This document shows positions 28,401 through 39,035 of a DNA stretch of 64,000 nt, one piece after another. Below the pieces are notes generated by a model that did not search any database, was not told the origin of the DNA, and saw only the letters and a list, made by a program, of their open reading frames with translations. Source of the DNA: an uncultured Lachnospiraceae bacterium. GTDB lineage: Bacteria; Bacillota; Clostridia; Lachnospirales; Lachnospiraceae. The translations under genes and the position numbers were made by a program. The first letter of the stretch is position 1, and each line of letters opens with the position of its first letter. The stretch spans positions 411 through 64,410 of the forward strand of contig CAJOGN010000005.1 of the NCBI GenBank assembly GCA_905234245.1, read 5' to 3'.

Positions 28401-28783
28401 TCATTAGATTCAACATTACTAAAGCCTAATTCTTTAAGAAAGTTCTCAACATTTTCAGAACCATTAGAAGGGTCCTGCTCATATTTATCTTCCTTGTCAC
28501 CCCATTTATTTCTCGATGCCAAGGTTGCCTGAGCAGACAATGTAACAAGATGTGCATCTACATCATAGGATGATTTCATAAAATAAGCATCATCATATTC
28601 GTATGTATCTGTTCCCTGCTTGTTAGCGCCTTCATACAGATTATAATGATATGTACCCGTCTTAGCACTATTGTTAAGGTCCTTCGCACTAGATACAGTA
28701 AATACAGATGTAGTAAGCAGAGCCACGCTAAGTACTCCACTAACAATTCTTTTCATGATAATATTCTTGCTAATTTGTTGCAT
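25463..28783 (-). CDS. Large secreted alpha/beta-hydrolase (lipase-like GxSxG) with a Big_2 Ig-like domain and three C-terminal ~33-aa wall/ligand-binding-type repeats
   Basis: Signal peptide; WIAGFSRGGAVSN (G-x-S-x-G). The Big_2 segment runs ISVSPTSTEMTVGDSVILKVTITPEDASSKDVVYTSSNNSVATV..GEGNAVITVKT. The C-terminus has 3x VYR(L/V)Y(N/D)P...H(L/F)(Y/W)T...GE..YL...GW..E. Confidence 0.75.
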   Translation of the reverse strand: MQQISKNIIMKRIVSGVLSVALLTTSVFTVSSAKDLNNSAKTGTYHYNLYEGANKQGTDTYEYDDAYFMKSSYDVDAHLVTLSAQATLASRNKWGDKEDKYEQDPSNGSENVENFLKELGFSNVESNEWYHHEMLDNSMGVALGNRVIEENGKKYTLLAIIPRSGGYRQEWSGNTNIGTGAVHQGFFEARDEVLRFTKQYLSKNKIDGNLKVWIAGFSRGGAVSNTLGGFFADGGAEYFGGNVTVEPTNIYCYTFATPRTITSGATKSRTLSVSAARGGAYQYDTPGQAYTSSSQGNVNPADSVYSGIHNYPFKYDYVTYLPLDQWGYTYYGKVYTYEGATEEQMIVKLKELDTYAYNEYAKKAPSYFHEKVFDLAALDIKDKEGGKSGENGLVSFINEKINIGLHNFSTTTKFVSEGYQEAFAAMMGMYSMAQDLLNNYDGFASKMTQPMLFSYLAYASEKLVEEGVAFGEDDAAAIAIEQIIEYTTGESIDMDSYTVDEFVETIGNFVYDNEQDKGIQELEKYIDKAVPSSYAGIAKNVLGSFYPGSAENGFDVSKIPLGKIVIEFLKACAKGAVPTSAAYSTESNRTPEGARQFLYTLTSMMSFLSSDMDKINKAIDKGDGQFEGFVTAILYLMKKYTPETGGTQYYDRLEDAADGEFKRAFSQIDADLAKKIDTEGLYNEEFKKMLHGKFESMNSHVTEIRELLMELLFTHNGPFNTEYNINSIATFAGNASIITMPHCQELCVSYGKAMPIGVTGISVSPTSTEMTVGDSVILKVTITPEDASSKDVVYTSSNNSVATVSSMGVVTGVGEGNAVITVKTSDDKFSAKCDVKVSKINPTVTPPDANERITYTGEPMELSNTGNTDGGTLYYGLGTEDNEPTEWSTSVPKATEPGEYYVWYKVVGDNKYNDVKPTYVGESSLIVKESGNVISVDPVKDIALVKDSVLGENVEIPLHRILAGDLYRVYDPIRGEHLYTRDVGEVIYLEMHGWRHESDSDTYVVDASQEYAVPVYRLYNPYGGGFHFYTENAGEAKYLSSIGWNYEGISHYVYKMESTEGIPVYRLYNPYSPAAEHLWTINEGEAFYLVSIGWLFEGACCKIEVE

Positions 28784-28861
28784 AACAACCTCCCAATTAC
28801 AGTCATATATTTCTATAATACCATAATATTGTGTTCAAAAATAGCAATACATATAATAAAA

Positions 28862-28893
28862 AGCGACTGTCAACAGATTGTGCAACAGTCGCT
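28862..28893 (-). terminator. Intrinsic terminator immediately after dnaJ (T-runs on both sides, so potentially bidirectional)
   Basis: AGCGACTGT-(14 nt)-ACAGTCGCT flanked by AAAAA / TTTATTTTT. Confidence 0.7.
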
Positions 28894-28899
28894 TTATTT

Positions 28900-30078
28900 T
28901 TATAAATCATCAACTACATCTTTTATTTTGCCCATGAAGCCCTTTTTCTTCTTCTCTTGCTTTACCTGCGTCCCCCCAGGCTTTAATGTATTACCTGTCT
29001 TCTCATCGAATTGACGAAGAAGCTCCTTGGCTTCTGAATTAAGGCCTGTAGGAGTCTGTACGATTAATGTCACATAGTGGTCTCCTCTTACTCCCTTGTT
29101 ACGAAGTGATGGAACACCCTTGCCCTTCAGTCGAATTCTTGTATCAGTCTGTGTTCCTGCCTTAACCTCATATATAACCTTGCCATCTAAGGTATCAATT
29201 ATCACCTCGCCACCAAGTGTTGCCTGTGCAAATGATATAGGAGCATTAGAGAATATATCATAATCGTGTCTCTGGAATATTGGATGAGGCTTAACTCTTA
29301 CTTCAACAAGCAAATCACCTCTAGGTCCACCATTGATTCCAGGCTCACCCTTGTCTCTAATTCTTACGCTTTGTCCATTGTCAATACCAGCTGGAATAGA
29401 TACCTGAATTCTCTTCTTAGAAGACACATAACCAGTACCACTACAAGCGCTACATTTCTCCTTGATAATCTCACCAGAACCATTACAGTCAGGACATGTT
29501 GTGACATTTTGCATAACTCCAAAGAGAGTCTGCTGTGTCATCATAACCTTACCTTTACCATTACATTTCGTACATGTACTCTTAGAAGTTCCTGGCTTAG
29601 CGCCACTACCGTTACATGTAGGGCATGGGTCCTTAAGAACAAGCTCTATCTCTTTCTCGCAGCCGAATGCCGCTTCTTCAAATGTAATGACAAGGGATGT
29701 TCTGATATTCTGACCCTTCATTGGACCGTTAGAACGGCCTCTGCCACCGCCGAATCCAAATCCACCGAACAGGTCGCCGAATATATCGCCAAATATATCT
29801 GAGAAATCCATACTTGAGAAGTCCATACTAGGACCACCCATAGAACCGTCGAATGCAGCATGGCCATATTGGTCGTACTTACTCTTCTTCTCAGGATCTG
29901 AGAGGACTGCATAAGCCTCAGAAGCTTCCTTGAACTTCTTCTCAGCCTCTGCGTCTCCTGGATTAACATCAGGATGATATTTCTTAGCAAGCTTTCTGTA
30001 TGCAGACTTAATCTCGCTTTCGCTTGCGCTTTTACTTACTCCTAGGACCTCATAATAGTCCCTTTTTGAATCTGCCAT
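28900..30078 (-). CDS. dnaJ: Molecular chaperone DnaJ
   Basis: J-domain DYYEVLGV...KKYHPD, G/F region and four CxxCxGxG zinc motifs. The start is trimmed to [14 protein letters not shown] (AAGGAG RBS). Confidence 0.95.
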   Translation of the reverse strand: MADSKRDYYEVLGVSKSASESEIKSAYRKLAKKYHPDVNPGDAEAEKKFKEASEAYAVLSDPEKKSKYDQYGHAAFDGSMGGPSMDFSSMDFSDIFGDIFGDLFGGFGFGGGRGRSNGPMKGQNIRTSLVITFEEAAFGCEKEIELVLKDPCPTCNGSGAKPGTSKSTCTKCNGKGKVMMTQQTLFGVMQNVTTCPDCNGSGEIIKEKCSACSGTGYVSSKKRIQVSIPAGIDNGQSVRIRDKGEPGINGGPRGDLLVEVRVKPHPIFQRHDYDIFSNAPISFAQATLGGEVIIDTLDGKVIYEVKAGTQTDTRIRLKGKGVPSLRNKGVRGDHYVTLIVQTPTGLNSEAKELLRQFDEKTGNTLKPGGTQVKQEKKKKGFMGKIKDVVDDL

Positions 30079-30102
30079 TATTAACTCCTTATATACTAGT
30101 TT

Positions 30103-30127
30103 AAGGGTGAGGCCTTGCCTCACCCTT
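30103..30127 (-). other. Perfect 11-bp GC-rich stem-loop between dnaK and dnaJ (attenuator or mRNA-stability element candidate)
   Basis: AAGGGTGAGGC-ctt-GCCTCACCCTT. No T-run follows on the minus strand. Confidence 0.5.
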
Positions 30128-30134
30128 GATTATA

Positions 30135-32021
<1,887 letters not shown>

Positions 32022-32045
32022 CTATATACTTTAGTTTTAATTGAT

Positions 32046-32191
32046 ACCTGACTACTATTATGTAATTATCTTACGGAGATTACGCTATCGCCCAGTCCTC
32101 GCGCAGCGGTACTAACCTCAGCCTTCGGCTTCGCTAAGTGCCGGCGCTGTGGAGGATCTCCTTTTAAGACAATTACATAATAGTAGCAGGT
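32046..32191. repeat. Long imperfect inverted repeat (35-bp AT-rich arms) enclosing a 75-bp GC-rich core, in the grpE-dnaK intergenic region
   Basis: ACCTGACTACTATTATGTAATTATCTTACGGAGAT pairs with ATCTCCTTTTAAGACAATTACATAATAGTAGCAGGT. The core contains GCCTTCGGC and CAGCG/CGCTG pairings. Confidence 0.65.
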
Positions 32192-32202
32192 CGACTTAAT
32201 AC

Positions 32203-32865
32203 TTAATTAGCTACCTTAACCATTGCATGTCTAAGAACTGTGTCATTGTACATATAGCCCTTCTGCAATACTTCTACTACTACATTCTCGCCAAGCTCTT
32301 CATCCTCTACATGCATTACCGCATTGTGATAATCAGGATTGAATTCTTCGCCTTCGGCTTCAATCTCTTTAACTCCTGCTTCTTCAAGACTTGTCATTAG
32401 TTGCTTATATATCATCTTCATTCCATCTGCAAATGAATCACCATCAGCAGCCGCATCAAGTCCTCGCTCGAAGTTATCTACAACTGGGAGTATTTTCTCT
32501 AATATACTTTTTGCTCCCATGTCATACATCTGTGTCTTTTCTTTATCGCTTCGTTTTCTGAAGTTCTCAAACTCAGCCATCTGACGCATAACCTTGTCAT
32601 TTAATTCATCAATGATTTCCTGCGCCTTATTCTTTTTATCTTTTTTAGATGATTTCTTATCCTCTGAAGAATCTTCCTTATCTTCAGACTCTGCTTCTTC
32701 AGATTCTACAGAAGTTTCTTTTGCAGCTTCCTCTTTATCTTGCGAATCATCAGTCTTTTTTGTATCCTCTGATGCTTCTTCTACTTCAGATTCTTCTTTA
32801 GCTTCTTCCTTGCTTTCTTCTGTATCGAAGTTCTCATCTAATTTCTTCTTGGTCTTCTTAGACAT
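32203..32865 (-). CDS. grpE: Nucleotide exchange factor GrpE with a long acidic/Lys-rich N-terminal extension
   Basis: ..MAEFENFRKR.. and the C-terminal ..GY....VLRHAMV.V. signature. Sits between hrcA and dnaK. Confidence 0.93.
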   Translation of the reverse strand: MSKKTKKKLDENFDTEESKEEAKEESEVEEASEDTKKTDDSQDKEEAAKETSVESEEAESEDKEDSSEDKKSSKKDKKNKAQEIIDELNDKVMRQMAEFENFRKRSDKEKTQMYDMGAKSILEKILPVVDNFERGLDAAADGDSFADGMKMIYKQLMTSLEEAGVKEIEAEGEEFNPDYHNAVMHVEDEELGENVVVEVLQKGYMYNDTVLRHAMVKVAN

Positions 32866-32937
32866 TTCACATAATCCTTTCTTATATTTTTCTATCTAAA
32901 TCATAGGACTACACCTATGTCTTTAGCTTAATCAATT

Positions 32938-33987
32938 CTAACTGCCGGGTTCTACAACATCCTCCGACTTAACAACACTTTCAAGCTGAGTCTTTAAGTT
33001 CTTCAGATTATTAAGTACATTTTCATAATCCATTCTCTTCGGTCCAATGATACCTATCGTACCCTTGACTCCTTCCCCAAGCTCGTATGTTGCTGTAACA
33101 ACTGAACAATCCTTCATAGTTTTAATTGAAGAATCATTACCGATATATACCTGAATTCCCGTCTCGTCTGATTCACTATTAGTCTCAGCTATAAAATCAG
33201 CCAGCGGCTTTTTCTCTTCAAATGCATTGATTAAGTCTTTGGCTTTCTCGGAATCGCTTAGCTCCGGATACTTGAATATATTGGTTGCACCGCTTGTGTA
33301 TACCTCCAAATCCTCTTCATCCTTAATCGTATCCGCTACTGATTGAAGTACCTGCTCTACAATCTCTTCGTGAATACCTGCCTGCTCCTTCATATTGGAA
33401 ATGAGTGATAGATTAATCTCATTAACAGTAAGTCCGTTAAGATTGGTATTAAGAAGCATATTGAGCTTGAGCATTGTCTCATTATCTAGAGGTTTTTCAA
33501 CCTCAATCACCCTGTTCCTAACAAGATTACCTTCCATAACAACTACAGATAGGACATGATTATCATCCACGTTAGATATCTGAACGAATTTGACCTTGTT
33601 AGATTGAACAGATGGTGCAAGAATCATACTTGCGTACTGTGTGTTGTTGGCTAGCACCTTAACAACCTGCTTTAACAGCTTTTCCATCTTGCCAGTCTTC
33701 TCGAACATTATCTCCTGCATCTGTGTGACTTCTTTATCCTTCTCAGCCATCAGATGATCTACATAGAAGCGATATCCCATATCAGTAGGAATTCTTCCTG
33801 CCGACGTGTGGGGCTGTACTATGTAGCCAAGCTCCTCAAGGTCTGCCATCTCATTTCTTATAGTTGCAGAAGACAGATTAAGATAACTCTTTGAAATTGT
33901 CCTTGAGCCTACCGGTTCTCCTGTCTCTAAATAATTCTGAATTATTGCATTAAGAATTATCTCTTTTCTCTCGTCTAATTGTTCCAT
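32938..33987 (-). CDS. hrcA: Heat-inducible transcription repressor HrcA
   Basis: ..ERK..IL.AII..Y..TGEPVGSRT.SK......SSATIRNEM.DLEE.G.. The start is trimmed to MEQLDERKEII, because the longer ORF would include the CIRCE operator. Confidence 0.93.
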   Translation of the reverse strand: MEQLDERKEIILNAIIQNYLETGEPVGSRTISKSYLNLSSATIRNEMADLEELGYIVQPHTSAGRIPTDMGYRFYVDHLMAEKDKEVTQMQEIMFEKTGKMEKLLKQVVKVLANNTQYASMILAPSVQSNKVKFVQISNVDDNHVLSVVVMEGNLVRNRVIEVEKPLDNETMLKLNMLLNTNLNGLTVNEINLSLISNMKEQAGIHEEIVEQVLQSVADTIKDEEDLEVYTSGATNIFKYPELSDSEKAKDLINAFEEKKPLADFIAETNSESDETGIQVYIGNDSSIKTMKDCSVVTATYELGEGVKGTIGIIGPKRMDYENVLNNLKNLKTQLESVVKSEDVVEPGS

Positions 33988-34055
33988 ATTATTTCCCCAA
34001 AGATTAACAGCCGCTTGAATTATCTTATGCGGTTTTATATCTTTTATTTTGTCTG

Positions 34056-34082
34056 TTAGCACTCAAATTATTAGAGTGCTAA
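34056..34082 (-). promoter_or_regulatory. CIRCE operator (HrcA binding site) of the hrcA-grpE-dnaK-dnaJ operon
   Basis: TTAGCACTC-aaattatta-GAGTGCTAA is a perfect match to the consensus TTAGCACTC-N9-GAGTGCTAA. Confidence 0.95.
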
Positions 34083-34097
34083 CATCTATCTAGACAT

Positions 34098-34126
34098 AAT
34101 TTAACACCCTTAAAGAAGAATGTCAA
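34098..34126 (-). promoter_or_regulatory. Sigma-A-type promoter of the hrcA operon
   Basis: On the minus strand: TTGACA (34126..34121), a 17-nt spacer, then TAAATT (34103..34098). Lies directly upstream of CIRCE. Confidence 0.6.
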
Positions 34127-34167
34127 GGATTATTTTGTGAACTTTTTGTAAACTTTTATAAAATGCC

Positions 34168-34207
34168 AAAAAAGGCCGACATCCCTAAATAATTAGGAAC
34201 ACCGACC
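34168..34207 (-). terminator. Strand-specific intrinsic terminator of hemW
   Basis: Minus-strand RNA GGUCGGUGUUCCUAA-uuau-UUAGGGAUGUCGGCC forms 15 bp, five of them G-U pairs, and is followed by UUUUUU. On the plus strand those wobbles become C-A mismatches. Confidence 0.7.
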
Positions 34208-35392
34208 TTATACAATGAATTCTCTTGCAATAGTATTTTGCAATTCTAGGCCTCTACGAGTTGGCTTAATTCGATTGCCTTCATTAATAAGTAATTCTTG
34301 ATTTATGAGGCTTTCAATTTGGCTTCCATACGCATTTTCAAGGGATATTCTGTATGCATTGTAGAAATCATCAAAGCTTACTCCCTCATTCATACGAAGT
34401 CCAAGTATCATAAATTCAGACATACTTTCCTTAGCTGATAATGTCTCCTGTTCTTCATATTCTATGGCAGGGTTAGCCAGGGAATAATTCTTAATATACG
34501 TATCCAGATTAGTTATATTCTTGTATCTTACCTCTTCATAAAGAGACGCTGCTCCCAGACCAAAGCCAATATATGGTGTCCTCTTCCAATAACCAATGTT
34601 GTGACGACACTCGTACCCTGCCTTGGCATAATTAGACACCTCGTACTGCTCGTAGCCTCTTCCTTTAAGAAATGCATTGACATAATCCGTCATCTCACAC
34701 AGCACATTTTCCTCAGGTAGATACTTCGTCTTCTTAGCCAGACACTGATTGTAATAATCCTCCTTATACCTATCATAAAAGGCTGTGCCCTCTTCAATTA
34801 TCAGGGAATAGGCGCTAATATGCTTAGGCCTAAACATAGTAATCGCTTTAAGCGTCTTACTTAGTGAATCAAGAGTTTGATTAGGAAGACCATACATAAT
34901 ATCGACATTGTAATTAGTAAAGCCCGCCTTCATTAATGAGTCGAGTGTCCTTACAAAGCTATCATAATCGTGAATCCTGCCAAGAGTCTTCAATTCCTCA
35001 TCGTTAGCTGATTGAAGTCCAATGCTTAGCCTGTTAATTCCATAGGACTTATATACAGAAAGACTGTCCTTACTTACCGTTCCAGGATTACACTCAATTG
35101 TAACCTCGGCATCTCTTGATATGGAAAATGTGTCATCAAGAGTGTTCATTATCTTAATAATTAGCTTGGCCTCTAAGGTGCTTGGTGTGCCACCGCCAAT
35201 ATATATAGACGTGACTTTCCTGTCCGATAGCTTTTTGGCTTTAATCTCAATTTCAGAACATAAAGCATTAACATAATACTCTCTTGTTTCTGGATTTGAT
35301 GGAAATGACAAGAAATCACAATAGTCACATTTCTTTACACAAAATGGAATATGAATATATAGTTCTATTTCGTTTTCTCTAGTCTTCATCAA
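34208..35392 (-). CDS. hemW: Radical SAM family heme chaperone HemW (oxygen-independent coproporphyrinogen-III-oxidase-like)
   Basis: [17 protein letters not shown] (CxxxCxxC) and a HemN_C-like C-terminus. Conserved position after lepA. Confidence 0.9.
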   Translation of the reverse strand: MMKTRENEIELYIHIPFCVKKCDYCDFLSFPSNPETREYYVNALCSEIEIKAKKLSDRKVTSIYIGGGTPSTLEAKLIIKIMNTLDDTFSISRDAEVTIECNPGTVSKDSLSVYKSYGINRLSIGLQSANDEELKTLGRIHDYDSFVRTLDSLMKAGFTNYNVDIMYGLPNQTLDSLSKTLKAITMFRPKHISAYSLIIEEGTAFYDRYKEDYYNQCLAKKTKYLPEENVLCEMTDYVNAFLKGRGYEQYEVSNYAKAGYECRHNIGYWKRTPYIGFGLGAASLYEEVRYKNITNLDTYIKNYSLANPAIEYEEQETLSAKESMSEFMILGLRMNEGVSFDDFYNAYRISLENAYGSQIESLINQELLINEGNRIKPTRRGLELQNTIAREFIV

Positions 35393-37190
35393 GCTTTAAC
35401 ACACTCATAAATGCGCTCTGAGGAATGTCAACATTTCCTACCTGACGCATTCTCTTCTTTCCTTCCTTCTGCTTTTCTAACAACTTCTTCTTACGAGATA
35501 TATCACCACCATAGCATTTAGCTAATACATCTTTTCGGACAGCCTTAACAGTCTCTCTGGCAATAACCTTATTGCCGATTGCTGCCTGAATTGGTATCTC
35601 GAATAAGTGACGAGGAATCTCCCCCTTAAGCTTCTCACACATCTTACGACCACGTTCATAAGCAGTGCCTTCGAATACGATAAATGACAGAGCATCAACT
35701 GGCTCCTTATTAATAAGAATATCAAGCTTAACAAGGTTAGACTTAACGTATCCCTTCATCTCATAATCAAAGCTGGCGTATCCACGGGAGCGCGATTTCA
35801 ATGCATCGAAGAAATCGTATATTATCTCATTTAACGGAAGAGTGTATTTAAGGAGCGCCCTTGTCTCTTCCATATATTCCATACTAATGTATTCGCCGCG
35901 CCTCTCCTGGCACAAATCCATTATGGCTCCAATATAGTCTGAGGTTACCATAATCTCTGCCGCAACAACTGGCTCTTCCATATAATCAATTTCAGAAGGA
36001 TCAGGAAGGTTCGATGGATTAGTAAGCTCTATCATCTCCCCATCAGTCTTATGCACTCTGTACACAACGGAAGGTGCCGTTGTAACAAGATCAAGATTGT
36101 ATTCTCTCTCTAATCTCTCCTGAATAATCTCAAGATGAAGCAATCCTAAGAATCCACATCTAAATCCAAAGCCCAATGCAATAGATGTCTCTGGCTCATA
36201 TTGAAGTGCCGCGTCATTAAGCTGAAGCTTCTCTAAGGCATCTCTTAAGTCAGGATACTTGGCACCATCTGCAGGATACAATCCACAGTAAACCATTGGA
36301 TTGACTTTCTTGTATCCTGGGAGAGGTTCTGCGCAAGGATTATCCCTGTTAGTCACTGTATCACCTACCCTTGTATCAGATACATTCTTAATGGAAGCCG
36401 TAACATATCCTACCATTCCAGCTGTAAGCTCTTCACAAGGCACGAACTGTCCTGCTCCGAAATATCCTACTTCAACAACATCAAATTCGGCTCCACTTGC
36501 CATCATCCGAATAGGGTCGTTAGGTCTTATCACTCCTTCTTTTACTCTTATAAATACTATGACACCCTTATATGGGTCATATATTGAATCGAAAATCAGT
36601 GCCTGAAGTGGATTGCTATTGTCACCTGTTGGTGCTGGCAAATCCGTTACAATAGCCTCTAACACATCCTCTATATTCAGACCTGTCTTCGCCGATATCT
36701 GTGGAGCACTCTCTGCCTCAAGACCAATTACATCTTCTATCTCATCTATTACTCGCTTAGGGTCAGCAGACGGAAGGTCTATCTTATTAATTACAGGTAT
36801 AACATCTAAATCGTGGTCTAGGGCAAGATACACATTTGCCAGAGTCTGAGCCTCTACACCCTGAGCTGCATCAACAACTAATATTGCACCATCGCAAGCG
36901 GCAAGAGACCTTGATACCTCATAATTAAAATCCACATGACCTGGGGTATCAATCAGATTAAATATATACTCATTGCCGTCCTTGGCATTGTATACAATTC
37001 TAACTGCCTGGGACTTAATGGTGATGCCACGCTCTCTCTCTAAATCCATATTATCAAGAACCTGGGACTGCATTTCTCGCTCAGTGAGCAGTCCGGTCTT
37101 CTCTATTATTCTATCTGCAAGTGTTGATTTGCCATGGTCGATATGAGCGATTATGCAGAAATTCCTAATATACTTCTTATCTATTGACAT
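35379..37190 (-). CDS. lepA: Translation elongation factor 4 (LepA)
   Basis: [24 protein letters not shown] and NKID GTPase motifs, plus the LepA-specific C-terminus. 603 aa. Confidence 0.97.
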   Translation of the reverse strand: MSIDKKYIRNFCIIAHIDHGKSTLADRIIEKTGLLTEREMQSQVLDNMDLERERGITIKSQAVRIVYNAKDGNEYIFNLIDTPGHVDFNYEVSRSLAACDGAILVVDAAQGVEAQTLANVYLALDHDLDVIPVINKIDLPSADPKRVIDEIEDVIGLEAESAPQISAKTGLNIEDVLEAIVTDLPAPTGDNSNPLQALIFDSIYDPYKGVIVFIRVKEGVIRPNDPIRMMASGAEFDVVEVGYFGAGQFVPCEELTAGMVGYVTASIKNVSDTRVGDTVTNRDNPCAEPLPGYKKVNPMVYCGLYPADGAKYPDLRDALEKLQLNDAALQYEPETSIALGFGFRCGFLGLLHLEIIQERLEREYNLDLVTTAPSVVYRVHKTDGEMIELTNPSNLPDPSEIDYMEEPVVAAEIMVTSDYIGAIMDLCQERRGEYISMEYMEETRALLKYTLPLNEIIYDFFDALKSRSRGYASFDYEMKGYVKSNLVKLDILINKEPVDALSFIVFEGTAYERGRKMCEKLKGEIPRHLFEIPIQAAIGNKVIARETVKAVRKDVLAKCYGGDISRKKKLLEKQKEGKKRMRQVGNVDIPQSAFMSVLKLDED

Positions 37191-37227
37191 GTTGCCTCCG
37201 TGAAATAGCCTTGTAGTTATTATTGAT

Positions 37228-37452
37228 GTATATGGTATAGCTTATATATTCACTTCTAATTCTTCGCTAAGTATATGTAAGGAATTGTTATTAGTCTTAA
37301 GTGATATTAACTAAGAACCGCCCATTGATCTGACATCGTGTCAGCAATAGGCTAGTTCCGACATCCTGTCGGAACTTTCTTACCTCGAACAATTCCTAAC
37401 ATATACTAAGCTTGAATTAATGTCGTGAATATATACAGTCTATACCATATAC
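37228..37452. repeat. Very long imperfect inverted repeat (~62-bp arms) with a ~100-bp core carrying twin mini-hairpins, in the lepA/holA divergent intergenic region
   Basis: The arms are GTATATGGTATAGCTTATATATTCAC...GGAATTGTT and AACAATTCC...GTGAATATATACAGTCTATACCATATAC. The core hairpins are CTGACA-tcg-TGTCAG (37330..37344) and GTTCCGACA-tcc-TGTCGGAAC (37355..37375). Confidence 0.65.
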
Positions 37453-37576
37453 TTCCAATTATAATCTAAGTAATTTTATCATATAGGAATTTTAATCGCA
37501 ATGAATGATATGATATAATATGTCATAAGGTGGGACCCGCTTGTAGGAGGATCCCTTGTGACTGGTAATATATTAT

Positions 37577-38587
37577 ATGGAACAAACTATGAATCAGATT
37601 GAACAGGATATTAAGGACCAACAATTTCATAACTTCTATCTGCTTCTTGGCGAAGAGGATTATCTTAAGAATAAATATGCCAACCTTCTTATTAAGAATG
37701 TTGTTGAGAATAAGGAGTCAATGAACTACTCCTATTATGAAGGGGGTTCAATTGAGGGTGGCGAAGTAATTGGTACTGCTGTTACTCTGCCCTTTTTTGC
37801 AGATAAAAGAATTATTCATATTAAGAACAGCGGGTGGTTTAAATCAGCAAATACTGACTTTAATGACTACCTTGATGATGTGAGTGAAAGCACCATTTTC
37901 ATATTTGAAGAAGAAGCAACTGACAAGCGTTCTAAAGCATACAAGACTGTTAGCAAGGATGGCGTCATCATTGAACTTGATATGCTAAAGGGCTCGGAAC
38001 TCCAAAAATGGATTGGAGGCAAGCTCAAGACAGAGAAGAAATCAATGCAGCGTGAAGCATATCAGGAATTCCTTCTTCGTACTGATAACAATATGGAGAA
38101 TATGGAGCAGGAATTTGAGAAGCTTGTAAGCTACACTTCTGATTCTGATGTTATTACATTAGAGGATGTTGACAGGGCATGTACCAAGCAGCTTCAATCT
38201 AAGATATTCGATATGATTAACGGTATTGCAGAGAAAAATCCTAAGAAGGTTCTTGATATGTATCATGACCTGCTTGCCGCTAAAGAACCGCCTATGAAGA
38301 TACTTACAATGATTCAGAGGCAATTCAGGCGAAGTCTACTTATTAAGGGGTTGAGGGAAAAGGGTTATACACCAGACAGAATCTATGAAGAACTCAAGTA
38401 CCGAAAGGATATTGTCAATAAAAAATTTGTCATTAACAAAGAGCTTAATATGACAAGAAATTTCTCAATTGAAATGATGAATCAGCTTCTTGAAGAAGCC
38501 TGCAATCTTGAGCACGATGTCAAGACTGGCAAAATCAACGACCAGCTAGCTGTTGAAGTGCTAATGATGAAATACGCAAGTAAATAA
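37577..38587 (+). CDS. holA: DNA polymerase III delta subunit HolA
   Basis: 336 aa. ..FYLLLGEEDYL.. at the N-terminus and a helical C-terminal half typical of delta. Conserved neighbourhood with rpsT/lepA/comEC. No clear RBS, so the start is uncertain. Confidence 0.8.
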   Translation: MEQTMNQIEQDIKDQQFHNFYLLLGEEDYLKNKYANLLIKNVVENKESMNYSYYEGGSIEGGEVIGTAVTLPFFADKRIIHIKNSGWFKSANTDFNDYLDDVSESTIFIFEEEATDKRSKAYKTVSKDGVIIELDMLKGSELQKWIGGKLKTEKKSMQREAYQEFLLRTDNNMENMEQEFEKLVSYTSDSDVITLEDVDRACTKQLQSKIFDMINGIAEKNPKKVLDMYHDLLAAKEPPMKILTMIQRQFRRSLLIKGLREKGYTPDRIYEELKYRKDIVNKKFVINKELNMTRNFSIEMMNQLLEEACNLEHDVKTGKINDQLAVEVLMMKYASK

Positions 38588-38595
38588 ACACAAAA

Positions 38596-38629
38596 AATCC
38601 CACTAACCATGACGGTAGTTAGTGGGATT
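38596..38629. terminator. Bidirectional terminator between convergent holA and rpsT
   Basis: AATCCCACTAAC-(10 nt)-GTTAGTGGGATT flanked by AAAAA and TTATTATTT. Confidence 0.7.
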
Positions 38630-38650
38630 TATTATTTCTTATATATTGAA

Positions 38651-38914
38651 CTAGGCAATCTTGTTAACAGCTTGTGTTAGACGAGATACTTTTCTAGCTG
38701 CGTTATTCTTGTGATATACACCTTTGCTTGCAGCCTTGTTAATCTCAGAGATAGCAACTGTTAATGCTTCGCTAGCAGCTTGCTTGTCGCCGCTCTCTAC
38801 AGCTGTCTCGACTTTCTTAATACAAGTCTTAACCTTAGATCTGATTGCTTTATTTCTCTCAGCCTTAGTCTGTGATACTAATACTCTCTTCTTAGCAGAT
38901 TTAATGTTAGCCAA
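38651..38914 (-). CDS. rpsT: 30S ribosomal protein S20
   Basis: (M)ANIKSAKKR... signature. AGGAGG lies 8 nt before TTG 38914, so a TTG start is preferred over the GTG of the listed ORF. Confidence 0.93.
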   Translation of the reverse strand: MANIKSAKKRVLVSQTKAERNKAIRSKVKTCIKKVETAVESGDKQAASEALTVAISEINKAASKGVYHKNNAARKVSRLTQAVNKIA

Positions 38915-38990
38915 TCTATACACCTCCTATTGTAATCTCTTAAGGTTCTGCGAAGCCGGACACGGACAGTCCACAGAACGTACCTTGTCT

Positions 38991-39019
38991 ATCTTATAGG
39001 AAATATAAGACAATGTCAA
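38991..39019 (-). promoter_or_regulatory. Putative sigma-A promoter of rpsT
   Basis: On the minus strand: TTGACA (39019..39014), 17 nt, then TAAGAT (38996..38991). Leaves a ~75-nt GC-rich leader. Confidence 0.5.
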
Positions 39020-39035
39020 GGATTTTATTAAAATG

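Noticed and set aside
33988-34062. N-terminal extension of hrcA. The same applies to the extensions of dnaJ to 30123, prmA to 21191, mtaB to 16640, aroC to 9497, thiI to 18209 and the permease to 6255.
   Set aside because: The extensions run through operators, terminators or the gene's own RBS, and they lack homology to the family N-termini. Internal ATGs with proper Shine-Dalgarno spacing were chosen instead.
37228-37452. MITE / foldback transposon explanation for the long inverted repeat (also for 32046..32191)
   Set aside because: No target-site duplication flanks the arms, no second copy occurs in the window and no transposase is nearby. It is kept as a structural observation only.
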